A stretch of DNA of 39,797 nt from a virus. Under the pieces are notes generated by a model. It made no database searches and was not told the DNA's origin. It worked only from the letters and a program-made list of their open reading frames with translations. Position numbers and translations under genes: made by a program. Where the stretch lies: IMG/VR virus record IMGVR_UViG_3300006945_000003, one strand, 5' to 3'. Shown piece after piece: positions 23,845 through 30,949 of this stretch (position 1 is its first letter; every line of letters starts with the position of its first letter).

Positions 23845-24986
23845 CACGACCCTCTTGCCTCGCGTTCGAGCTTGAGGAGCGTCTCCATGGCGATGTCGAA
23901 CGAGCGCGAGACGCCGCGCCGCCAGGACGGAAAGGCGACCACGGTGCCGAGATCGCTCCGGCGCGCCTGCTCGGCCATCTTCCAGGCCGCGATCTCGGCC
24001 TCGACACGGCGGAGGTCCGGCGTGGTCACGCGGCGCGTCGCGCGCAGGTGCTCCGTGCAGGCGGCGACGTCGTCGGCGGTAAACCCGCGCCGCACGAGAC
24101 GGGCCGCGATCGAGAGCTGGCGGTTGCGCTCGGCGTCGTCCGGGAAGGGCGGCGGGGCTCCGGTCGCGTCGAGGCAGCCGAGCGCACGGCAGTGCGCGAC
24201 CCACACGTCCCACTGGGGGCTCGAGCGCGACGGCGGAGCGCCGCCGGAAACGACCGAAGGTCGTTTCCGTTCGTTTTTCTCGTTTTCGTTCGTTTCACTC
24301 TCGTCTAATAGCGAAAGAATATCTTGAACGATTACGTTCTTACGACGGCCCCGCGCGCGTCGCACACGCGCCTGCTCCCCGGCCACGCCGTTTTCCTCGT
24401 CGCGACGCGGCTCTCGCTCGCCTCGTGACGCGCTCGTGACTGCTCGTGACTCACTCGTGACATCTCGTGACATGCTCGTGACACTCGTGACATCGGCCGA
24501 GGCCCCGGTGGCTGTGGTGGTGTTTTCGGCGTCGTGAAGCCGTACCTCCGCCTCGCCCTCGTGACTCGCTCGTGACGCGCTCGTGACGCGCTCGTGACAT
24601 GTCGTGACACGCTCGTGACCGCTCGTGACATCTCGTGACACGCTCGTGACACTCGTGACATCGCGCGCGCGGGAGCGGCGCTTGCGCTCGCGGGTGGCTT
24701 CGGGGAGGTCGGAAGGGTAGCGGGCGGCGCGGTACCAGGCGTGCGAGCGGTAGGACGCGCCGTCGCGTACGAGGAGGCCGAGCGTGACGCTCTTCTCGAG
24801 GACGGACTCGAGCAGTGCGAGGTCGCCGTCGCTCACGTCCACGGCGAGCGCGAGCGACGGTGCTGGGATCGCGCCCTCCTCGCGCTCGACGCAGAGGAGC
24901 GCGAGGAGGACAGCGCGCTCGGCGAGCGAGAGCGCCCGGAAGCGCGGGTCGTGGCGGGCGGTCGTCGAAAAGCGCAGGCACGCCAT
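23844..24986 (-). CDS. Replication initiator (lambda O-like organisation) with the origin iterons inside its coding sequence
   Basis: 380 aa with a winged-helix-like N-terminus. The central low-complexity linker (VTSVTSVSRDVTSGHERVTT...) is encoded by the iteron arrays. It lies directly upstream of the helicase-loader-like gene. Confidence 0.6.
   Translation of the reverse strand: MACLRFSTTARHDPRFRALSLAERAVLLALLCVEREEGAIPAPSLALAVDVSDGDLALLESVLEKSVTLGLLVRDGASYRSHAWYRAARYPSDLPEATRERKRRSRARDVTSVTSVSRDVTSGHERVTTCHERVTSASRASHEGEAEVRLHDAENTTTATGASADVTSVTSMSRDVTSESRAVTSASRGEREPRRDEENGVAGEQARVRRARGRRKNVIVQDILSLLDESETNENEKNERKRPSVVSGGAPPSRSSPQWDVWVAHCRALGCLDATGAPPPFPDDAERNRQLSIAARLVRRGFTADDVAACTEHLRATRRVTTPDLRRVEAEIAAWKMAEQARRSDLGTVVAFPSWRRGVSRSFDIAMETLLKLEREARGS
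24262..24345. promoter_or_regulatory. AT-rich segment with phased TCGTTT tracts next to the iterons (candidate DNA unwinding/bending element of the origin)
   Basis: This is the locally lowest-GC stretch in the early region. TCGTTT occurs at 24262, 24272, 24281 and 24291 (~10-bp phasing), followed by taatagcgaaagaatatcttgaacgattacg. Confidence 0.45.
24423..24491. repeat. Iteron array 1: 7 copies of TCGTGAC (mostly CTCGTGAC)
   Basis: Copies start at 24423, 24434, 24444, 24455, 24465, 24476 and 24485. Spacings are 11, 10, 11, 10, 11 and 9 bp. Confidence 0.85.
24559..24659. repeat. Iteron array 2: 10 copies of TCGTGAC
   Basis: Copies start at 24559, 24570, 24581, 24592, 24602, 24613, 24623, 24633, 24644 and 24653. 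Spacings are 9-11 bp. Confidence 0.85.
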
Positions 24987-24999
24987 GTCGCTACCTCCG

Positions 25000-25401
25000 T
25001 CATGTCTTCACCACGAGGTCGATCGCAGTCGTCACGAGGTCGGAGAGGAGCGAGCGAGCGTCCTCGTCGAGCGCTGGATCGGCGAGCGTGCGGTCGAGCC
25101 GCTCGACGACCGCCCGGTACCAGCCGCTCGTCGCCAGCCCTAACCCGGCCAGCCCGAGCAAGCGCTGGCGCTCGGGCGGAGCGAGCCCGAGCGCAGCGGC
25201 GAGCACCTCGACCGACTCCCGCGAGGGCTCGCGCTGCCCGCTCTCGAGGCGGGAGATGAACGTGTGATCGAGACGGGCGCGACGCGCGAGCGCCGACTGC
25301 GACAGGCCGCGCTCCTCGCGCAGCCTGCGGAGTTCTGCTCCGAAGAGCGTCGGGCTGGACAGCTTCGCTCGGTTCGCGAGTCCAGGGGATCGTTCGAACA
25401 T
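25000..25401 (-). CDS. XRE-family HTH transcriptional regulator
   Basis: HTH LSQSALARRARLDHTFISRLESGQREPS. ATG 25401 has AAGGAGG upstream. An alternative GTG at 25422 would overlap the upstream stop. Confidence 0.7.
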   Translation of the reverse strand: MFERSPGLANRAKLSSPTLFGAELRRLREERGLSQSALARRARLDHTFISRLESGQREPSRESVEVLAAALGLAPPERQRLLGLAGLGLATSGWYRAVVERLDRTLADPALDEDARSLLSDLVTTAIDLVVKT

Positions 25402-25418
25402 GGTCGAGCGACCTCCTT

Positions 25419-26048
25419 TCACTTGGATGCGAGCTGGTAGGCACGGGCTTCAGCCCACAAGACGTCCGCCTTGCGGAGCGAGCTCCAGTCGCCCCGGAGC
25501 CGCCCTGCCGCGCGGAGCTCCTGCTCGAGGGCGGCGAGCGTGAGCTCGAACCGGTCGGCGACCTGCGCGAGGTACCCCATCGCCGCGTCGCCGCTCCGCA
25601 CCGGCTCGTGCGCGTGCTGGAGGAGGTCGATGAGGTGCGAGGCCTGCTCGCGCGTCTGCACGTCGCGAGCGGCGACGAGCGCGGCCGGGTCGATCTGGTA
25701 CCGTGCGCAGAGCGAGGCGATGGCGTTCCGCTGCTTGTCCGTCGCTGGCGAGGCGTCCTCTGTCCCCTCGTCCGAGTACCCGAGCGCGCGGAGGGCGCGC
25801 CCGAGCGCCTTGGTCTCGGCCTTCTCGATGTAGTCGCGGAAGTCCCCCTCCGTCTCGCTCCCGTAGGCGGTCGCGCTTCCGCCCCCCGGGATCTCGATCG
25901 AGGCACGGAAGAGCGCGAAGCCCCGTTCGCGGTCGAGTTCGACGAGCTCGGTCTGGACGCGAGCGTCCGGGTGGTCGCGGCGGAGGAGGAGCAGCCGGTG
26001 GCGGACGCTCACGTCGTCATTCGCTCGCTTCTTCCGGACGCTGTTCAT
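25419..26048 (-). CDS. Possible Rad52-superfamily single-strand annealing protein
   Basis: 209 aa. GSATAYGSETEGDFRDYIEKAETKALGRALRALGY resembles the beta-hairpin plus A-x-[ST]-x-A-x-x-RAL helix of Rad52/Sak-like annealases. It shares an operon with an exonuclease and a resolvase. The assignment is weak. Confidence 0.35.
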   Translation of the reverse strand: MNSVRKKRANDDVSVRHRLLLLRRDHPDARVQTELVELDRERGFALFRASIEIPGGGSATAYGSETEGDFRDYIEKAETKALGRALRALGYSDEGTEDASPATDKQRNAIASLCARYQIDPAALVAARDVQTREQASHLIDLLQHAHEPVRSGDAAMGYLAQVADRFELTLAALEQELRAAGRLRGDWSSLRKADVLWAEARAYQLASK

Positions 26049-26380
26049 CAGAGCACCCCCAGGTAGGCGTCGGTCGCGATCCGCTCCACGGTCTCTTGAT
26101 CCCCTTCCGCCCAGGCGCGCCCGAGCGCTGCCCGCTCATCCCGCAGCTGGTCGTAGCGGGCGGTTACGGACCGGACGGCCTCGACGAGCTCGGCGGGAGA
26201 GCGCGGCGGAACGAGCGAGTAGCAGCCGAGCGCGCTCGCGACCGCGGCCAGCGTGACCTCGAGTTCCTCGCGGTCGAGTTCCTCGAACGGGCGACGGGCC
26301 CGTGCCAGGCCCGTCCCCGCGCAGACCTCGCACCACTCCCCTTCCGCGTCGAGCCCGAAGTGACAATACGGACACCGCAT
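26048..26380 (-). CDS. Small zinc-ribbon protein
   Basis: 110 aa. ATG 26380 has a strong RBS (GGAAGGAGGA) and an in-frame TGA 24 nt upstream. The N-terminus is CPYCHFGLDAEGEWCEVCAGTG. Confidence 0.65.
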   Translation of the reverse strand: MRCPYCHFGLDAEGEWCEVCAGTGLARARRPFEELDREELEVTLAAVASALGCYSLVPPRSPAELVEAVRSVTARYDQLRDERAALGRAWAEGDQETVERIATDAYLGVL

Positions 26381-26630
26381 CGCAGTCCTCCTTCCCGTTC
26401 ATCCGTTCGAGCAACCGGTCGCTGGCTCGGAGGAGCGCCCGCTGGGCCCGGGCGATCGCATCGCGCGCTTCGACGACGTCGTCGACGTCGAGGACGTCGA
26501 GGTACTGGGCGAGCTCGGCAGCTTCGGTGATCGCGGCGGCCGCCTCGACGAGGTCGACGACGACAGCGTTCGAGCGGTGAATGGCGAAGAGCTTGAGGAC
26601 GAGGTCACGCGTGGCGTCCCTGTCGCACAT
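26136..26630 (-). CDS. Hypothetical protein; the 3' ~245 nt overlap the next gene out of frame
   Basis: ATG 26630 has GGGAGG upstream. The first ~83 codons have GC-rich third positions and a plausible helical sequence. After 26380 the codon signal fades, but no stop occurs until 26136. Confidence 0.45.
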   Translation of the reverse strand: MCDRDATRDLVLKLFAIHRSNAVVVDLVEAAAAITEAAELAQYLDVLDVDDVVEARDAIARAQRALLRASDRLLERMNGKEDCDAVSVLSLRARRGRGVVRGLRGDGPGTGPSPVRGTRPRGTRGHAGRGRERARLLLARSAALSRRARRGRPVRNRPLRPAAG

Positions 26631-27082
26631 ACCGTGCCTCCCTGAGGCACGAGCGGCGCGACGACGGCCGTGCGCGCGCCGTCGACCGCGAGCGCCGAGC
26701 CGTCGTCGCGGAGACGGAGCCGGGCACGGGCGTCGAGCGCGCCAGCGAGCGCGAGGAGCTCACGATCGAAGAGGGCGCACGCTCCCTCCGACTCGGCGAG
26801 GAGCCCGGTCACAGCCCGGGCGCGGTCGAGCGGGTCACGGACTGCGATCTCTTCGCGGCGGAGCGCGGCGGGCGGCCAGGTCGCTCGCTCCTCCCAGAGG
26901 GGGCGCACGCGGCGCTCGGTCTCGCGCGCCCAGGCGTGCCCAGGTACCTCGATCCCGGCGATCTCGTCGCGCGTCACGGCGACGGCCAGGTAGCCGTCGG
27001 TCGCGACGAGCTCGCCGTCGCATTCGAAGACGCAGAGGAAGCCGGAGCGCGCGCTCCGGCGGAGCCACTGCTTCACCGTCAT
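26399..27082 (-). CDS. Protein with sliding-clamp (DnaN)-like motifs; the 3' ~230 nt overlap the next gene out of frame
   Basis: ATG 27082 (ATGA overlap). ELVATDGYLAVAV resembles the DnaN VATDGHRLAV motif. ALFDRELLALAGALDARARLRLRDDGSALAVDGARTAVVAPL resembles the DnaN C-terminal end (FNVSYVLDVLNAL...VYVVMPMRL). The Ser/Thr-rich tail after ~residue 150 looks non-coding. Confidence 0.5.
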   Translation of the reverse strand: MTVKQWLRRSARSGFLCVFECDGELVATDGYLAVAVTRDEIAGIEVPGHAWARETERRVRPLWEERATWPPAALRREEIAVRDPLDRARAVTGLLAESEGACALFDRELLALAGALDARARLRLRDDGSALAVDGARTAVVAPLVPQGGTVCATGTPRVTSSSSSSPFTARTLSSSTSSRRPPRSPKLPSSPSTSTSSTSTTSSKRAMRSPGPSGRSSEPATGCSNG

Positions 27083-27648
27083 CGCGCACCTCCAGCGAGC
27101 GCGAGCGAGCCGCGGCGAGCGGCGCACGCAGCGCAGCCGCAGCCCCAGTACTCGCCGTGACAGAGCGCGCGGCCCCAGCAGGCAGCTTCCGGCCCGAGGA
27201 GCTGGCAGCGGTCGCAGCCGACACCGTCGACCCAGCCGTGCCAGAAGAGCCAGCCAGCTGGCGCGGCACGGAAGCGCTCGAGGAGCGCCCGTGCCTCGCG
27301 GTAGCGGGCGAGGCGCACGTCGTGCGTCACGCGCGGGAGCTGGCGCTCGCCGTGCAGCCCGGCGAGCCAGTCGCGGATCGTCGCCGCCGCGAGCACCTGC
27401 GACGGCGGGAACAGCGGCGTCGCGGCAACGACGTCCCACTTGAACGCGTGGCTATACTCGGCGGCGAACTCGGGGGAGAAGAAGTAGGAGAGGATTGCCC
27501 TGGCGAGCCGGTACGGCCCGCTCCCGCCGTAGCCCCAGGAGACGTCCTCGGCGAGGACGAGCACGCGCCCGTCCTCGACGACGAGCGCCCGTCGATCGGC
27601 GAGGAGGACGTCACGGAGCGGCCGTCGTGGTATCATCGTGCCAGTCAT
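27079..27648 (-). CDS. Hypothetical early protein with a Cys-rich C-terminus
   Basis: 189 aa. The N-terminal WGYGGSGPYRLARAIL motif is reminiscent of a DUF family. The C-terminus carries 9 Cys (GCDRCQ...CWGRALCHGEYWGCGCAACAA). Confidence 0.55.
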   Translation of the reverse strand: MTGTMIPRRPLRDVLLADRRALVVEDGRVLVLAEDVSWGYGGSGPYRLARAILSYFFSPEFAAEYSHAFKWDVVAATPLFPPSQVLAAATIRDWLAGLHGERQLPRVTHDVRLARYREARALLERFRAAPAGWLFWHGWVDGVGCDRCQLLGPEAACWGRALCHGEYWGCGCAACAARRGSLALAGGAR

Positions 27649-27666
27649 TGCAGTTCCTCCTTCCTG

Positions 27667-27987
27667 TCACCCGGCCCGGCGCTGCCCCGCTGGGCCGTTC
27701 GCGATCATGGACTTGAGCGCGGGCCGGGAGACGTACATCCGGCCCGACGTCTTGAGCACGGGCGCGCCGAAGAGCGTCCCTGACCTCGCGATCTCCTCGT
27801 AGGCCGCGCTCCGCGAGATACCGAGGAGCGCGGCGGCCTGCGCGACCGTGCAGAGGAGCGGCTCGTCGCCTCCGGTCGCGTCTCGCTGGATGGCAGCGCA
27901 GACGCGTTCCGCGACCCTCCGCGCGATCCGCTCGGCGAGCTCGTCGAGGAGCTGGTGGATGAGGTCGCGGTCAGTGGGAGTCCGCAC
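27667..27987 (-). CDS. Excisionase-family/MerR-like HTH protein
   Basis: LLCTVAQAAALLGISRSAAYEEIARSG...KTSGRMYVSRPAL matches the excisionase-type HTH pattern. The start is uncertain: GTG 27987 was chosen because the track ORF start at 28131 lies inside the RHH gene. Confidence 0.55.
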   Translation of the reverse strand: MRTPTDRDLIHQLLDELAERIARRVAERVCAAIQRDATGGDEPLLCTVAQAAALLGISRSAAYEEIARSGTLFGAPVLKTSGRMYVSRPALKSMIANGPAGQRRAG

Positions 27988-28177
27988 GGCTCTGCTCCTC
28001 TCGCTCGAGCTCGGCGAGGGCGCGAGACAGGAGCGCGTCGACCGCGTGCGACCGGGACACGAAACGTCCCTGGCGCACGAGCTCGTCGAGGCGCTCGATC
28101 GTTTCCACGGACAGGTACGAGTAGATCCCACGGTACGGCCGGTTGGTAATGCGGGATCGCCGCCTTAGAAGCTGCAT
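27971..28177 (-). CDS. Ribbon-helix-helix (CopG/Arc-like) protein, candidate Cro-like early regulator
   Basis: 68 aa from ATG 28177 with GGGAGG upstream. GIYSYLSVETIERLDELVRQGRFVSRSHAVDALLSRAL fits an RHH fold. It is the first gene of the leftward operon, divergent from the XRE repressor. Confidence 0.65.
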   Translation of the reverse strand: MQLLRRRSRITNRPYRGIYSYLSVETIERLDELVRQGRFVSRSHAVDALLSRALAELEREEQSRADSH

Positions 28178-28202
28178 GACTACTGCCTCCCTTCTAGCGC
28201 CT

Positions 28203-28231
28203 AGCATAGCACGACTACCAACGGTTGTCAA
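28203..28231 (-). promoter_or_regulatory. Leftward early promoter (sigma-70-like)
   Basis: The minus strand reads TTGACA (28231-28226), a 17-nt spacer, then TATGCT (28208-28203). It sits ~25 nt upstream of the RHH start codon. Confidence 0.6.
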
Positions 28232-28260
28232 TAGACGTCTAGCGTGGGCGCTCATATGCT
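28232..28260 (+). promoter_or_regulatory. Candidate rightward promoter for the repressor operon
   Basis: TAGACG (28232-28237), a 17-nt spacer, then TATGCT (28255-28260). Its -35 abuts the leftward -35 and lies within the 10-bp palindrome TAGACGTCTA (28232-28241). Confidence 0.35.
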
Positions 28261-28296
28261 GTAGCTAGCTGGACGCTAGACGGGAAGGAGGTTGTC

Positions 28297-28707
28297 ATGG
28301 CTGGCAAGCTCTCGGGATTCAGCAAAGCGCTCCGGCGGCTCCGGCAGCTCCGTGGGATGAGCCAGGAACGGCTGGCCGAGCTCACCGGGATTCACCAGCG
28401 CACCATCTCGCGGATGGAAAACACGGCCACCGAAGGGTACCTGCCGCCTCCGCACCAGGTCGTCGCCCTCGCCCGGGCACTCGATGTGAGCGTGGCCGAG
28501 CTCGTGCGGGAGGCCGGGTACCCGATCGAGTGCGACTCGGCTCGCGAGGTCGACCTGCCGGCCCTGGCGACCTTTGCCGAGCGGTGGCTGCTCGGCCCCG
28601 GCCAGCATCACCCGGACTCCGAGCTCGTCCGCGTGTTCGCGCAGTTCGCGCGAGCGCCCGCGCAACGTGCGAGCACGCGACAGGGCTTGACAAACGAGAA
28701 GGTCTGA
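28297..28707 (+). CDS. XRE-family repressor (CI/ImmR-like)
   Basis: 136 aa with RBS GGAAGGAGG. HTH MSQERLAELTGIHQRTISRMEN. It is divergent from the early operon and followed by an ImmA-type protease. Confidence 0.8.
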   Translation: MAGKLSGFSKALRRLRQLRGMSQERLAELTGIHQRTISRMENTATEGYLPPPHQVVALARALDVSVAELVREAGYPIECDSAREVDLPALATFAERWLLGPGQHHPDSELVRVFAQFARAPAQRASTRQGLTNEKV

Positions 28708-28737
28708 AGGTATCTAAGGGTAAACTGGAGCTGCACA

Positions 28738-29199
28738 ATGGGGGGACTCCCATCCATCGCTGGGACGGCGCTCGCGGAATTCATCCGGCGGCACCGTGCG
28801 CACGATACGGTGCCGGTTCCTGTCATCGACATTGCCGAGCGCGAGGGGTGGGAGATCGAGTTCAGGAGCGATCTCGGGAAGATCAGAGGGATCTCGGGTG
28901 TCTACAGGGGTGTCAAGCTGATGTGGATCAACGCGCTGCTCCCGCTCGAGGAACAGCGCGCCGTGGTCGCGCACGAGCTTGGCCACTGGCTGAACGGTGA
29001 CCAGCGAGTCATCGAGCTCTGCCAGCATGGATCCTTCGCATACCTCTGGGATCGCAAGCTGGAGCGGCAGGCCACGCTGACCGGCGCCTGCCTGCTCGTC
29101 CCGTCGTGGGCCATCCGTGAGTACCAAACCATCGAGGCCATCGCAGCTGCCTGCGCCGTGCCACCATGGCTAGTCAAGATGCGTCTTGGGCTCGTCTAG
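28738..29199 (+). CDS. ImmA/IrrE-family zinc metalloprotease (anti-repressor protease)
   Basis: 153 aa. It has the HEXXH motif VVAHELGHWLNGD. It pairs with the upstream XRE repressor, as ImmR/ImmA does in ICEBs1. Confidence 0.75.
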   Translation: MGGLPSIAGTALAEFIRRHRAHDTVPVPVIDIAEREGWEIEFRSDLGKIRGISGVYRGVKLMWINALLPLEEQRAVVAHELGHWLNGDQRVIELCQHGSFAYLWDRKLERQATLTGACLLVPSWAIREYQTIEAIAAACAVPPWLVKMRLGLV

Positions 29200-29216
29200 C
29201 AGGAAGGAGATCTGCG

Positions 29217-30767
29217 GTGTCTCGGCGACACGTGCGACGGCTCGCTTTAATCTTCGCTCTCGTGCTTGCGCTCAGTGGGCTATTCGTCGCCGTGCCTGCA
29301 GCTGCCAGCCCGACCGGGCACGACGCCTTCCTCGACACCTGGGCCCGCAGCGACTTGCCCGTCGCCGCTGGACAGGTCTCCCGCACCTGGATGTGGGGGC
29401 CGGAACCGTTCACCCCACCGCTGCGCGAGCCCTACGTCGAGGCACCGGGCGGCAGCCGCCTGGTCCAGTACTTCGACAAGACGCGGATGGAGATCACCGA
29501 TCCGGCCGGCGACCGCACTTCTCCCTGGTACGTCACGAACGGCCTGCTGGCCAAGGAACTCGTCACCGGCCAGCTGCAACTCGGCGACGCCACCTTCGAG
29601 CCGCACCCGCCGGCCCAGGTCAACGTGGCCGGTGACCCGGACGATCCCGACGCCCCCACCTACGCCAGCTTCAGCGGGCTCCTCACTGCCCCGCCGCTCG
29701 CTCCCGGCCAGCTCGTCACCCAAACGGTCGACCGCGCCGGGCAGGTGGGCCAGGAGCCGAGCCTGGGCCAGTACGGGGTGACGGCGGCCCTCCACGTCCC
29801 GGAGACCAACCACACCGTCGCCTCCGTCTTCTGGGCCTTCATGACCGGTCGCGGCCCGGTCTACACCGGCTGGCGCTTCCGGGACGATACGCTGTTCCCG
29901 AACCCCTTCTACGCGACCGGCTTCCCGCTGACCGAGCCCTACTGGGCGCGCGTGCGCGTCGGCGGGACACCGCAGTGGGTGCTGGTGCAGGTCTTCGAGC
30001 GGCGCGTGCTCACCTACACCCCGGGGAACCCGCCCGGCTGGCAGGTGGAAGCGGGGAACGTGGGCCAGCACTACTACCGCTGGCGCTACGAGCAGCTCGG
30101 GCGACCGGTCCAGCCGGCCGGCGTCTACGAGCTGGCGACCGTCAGCAGCGTGGTCGACGGGGACACCATCGACGTCACCTTCCGGGATGGGCGGACGGCG
30201 CGCGTCCGCCTGATCGGCGTGGACACGCCGGAGGTGCACGGGCAGGTCGAGTGCTACGGCGAGGCGGCCAGCGCCTTCACCCGCTCCTGGCTGCTCGGCA
30301 AGGAGGTGGGGCTGGAGAAGGACGTCTCGGAGACCGACCGCTACGGGCGGCTGCTCCGCTACGTCTGGGTCGGTCCTTACCTCTTCAACGAGGTCCTCGT
30401 GCGGCAGGGCTACGCGGGAGTGGCCACCTACCCGCCGGACGTGAAGTACCAGTGGCGGTTCAGCGGCGCCGAGCGCGCAGCCCGCGAGGAGCGGGCGGGG
30501 CTGTGGTCGGCCTGTCCCGTGCCACCCGTGAGCGGCGAGGAAACACCGCCGCCGGCACCGTCGCCTTCACCGCCACCGCCTCCCTCGCCCACACCGGGCC
30601 CGTCGCCGCAACCGAACTGCGACCCGTCCTATCCGACCGTCTGCATCCCGCCACCGCCGCCCGATCTCGACTGCAGCGATATCCCGTACCGGCGGTTCGA
30701 GGTTCGTCCGCCCGACCCGCATCGGTTCGATACGGACGGCGATGGGATTGGGTGTGAGCGGGGTTAA
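29217..30767 (+). CDS. Secreted multidomain nuclease: unknown N-terminal domain + SNase (thermonuclease) domain + Pro-rich linker + Excalibur Ca-binding domain
   Basis: GTG 29217 follows AGGAAGGAGA. The signal peptide is RRLALIFALVLALSGLFVAVPAAASP. The SNase pattern is VVDGDTIDV...VRLIGVDTPE...DRYGRLLRYV...AGLW. The C-terminus is DTDGDGIGCE (Excalibur). Confidence 0.75.
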   Translation: MSRRHVRRLALIFALVLALSGLFVAVPAAASPTGHDAFLDTWARSDLPVAAGQVSRTWMWGPEPFTPPLREPYVEAPGGSRLVQYFDKTRMEITDPAGDRTSPWYVTNGLLAKELVTGQLQLGDATFEPHPPAQVNVAGDPDDPDAPTYASFSGLLTAPPLAPGQLVTQTVDRAGQVGQEPSLGQYGVTAALHVPETNHTVASVFWAFMTGRGPVYTGWRFRDDTLFPNPFYATGFPLTEPYWARVRVGGTPQWVLVQVFERRVLTYTPGNPPGWQVEAGNVGQHYYRWRYEQLGRPVQPAGVYELATVSSVVDGDTIDVTFRDGRTARVRLIGVDTPEVHGQVECYGEAASAFTRSWLLGKEVGLEKDVSETDRYGRLLRYVWVGPYLFNEVLVRQGYAGVATYPPDVKYQWRFSGAERAAREERAGLWSACPVPPVSGEETPPPAPSPSPPPPPSPTPGPSPQPNCDPSYPTVCIPPPPPDLDCSDIPYRRFEVRPPDPHRFDTDGDGIGCERG

Positions 30768-30949
30768 GCCGAAGGCGGGTAAGCACGCACGGACAGTCGA
30801 GGCGATCGCGGCCGCCTTCGAGAGGCCGGTATAGCGGGTCGAGTGGTGTACCGGGTGGAGTGAGAGCATGGTTTAATTGAGTCTATTCCTATCTTCGTAG
30901 ATCGCATTTCCTTGGCTACTTTCTGCGAACGTGACAGGGTGGCGCACGA

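Noticed and set aside
24423-24659. Dense short direct repeats that could be mistaken for a CRISPR array
   Set aside because: The repeat unit is only 7-8 bp with 2-4 bp between copies. There are no spacer-sized unique segments, the repeats lie inside a coding sequence, and no cas genes are present. This is an iteron-type origin, not CRISPR.
30771-30819. Inverted repeat GAAGGCGG...CCGCCTTC after the nuclease gene as an intrinsic terminator
   Set aside because: The stem is only 8 bp with a ~33-nt loop and no following T-tract, which is too weak to call.
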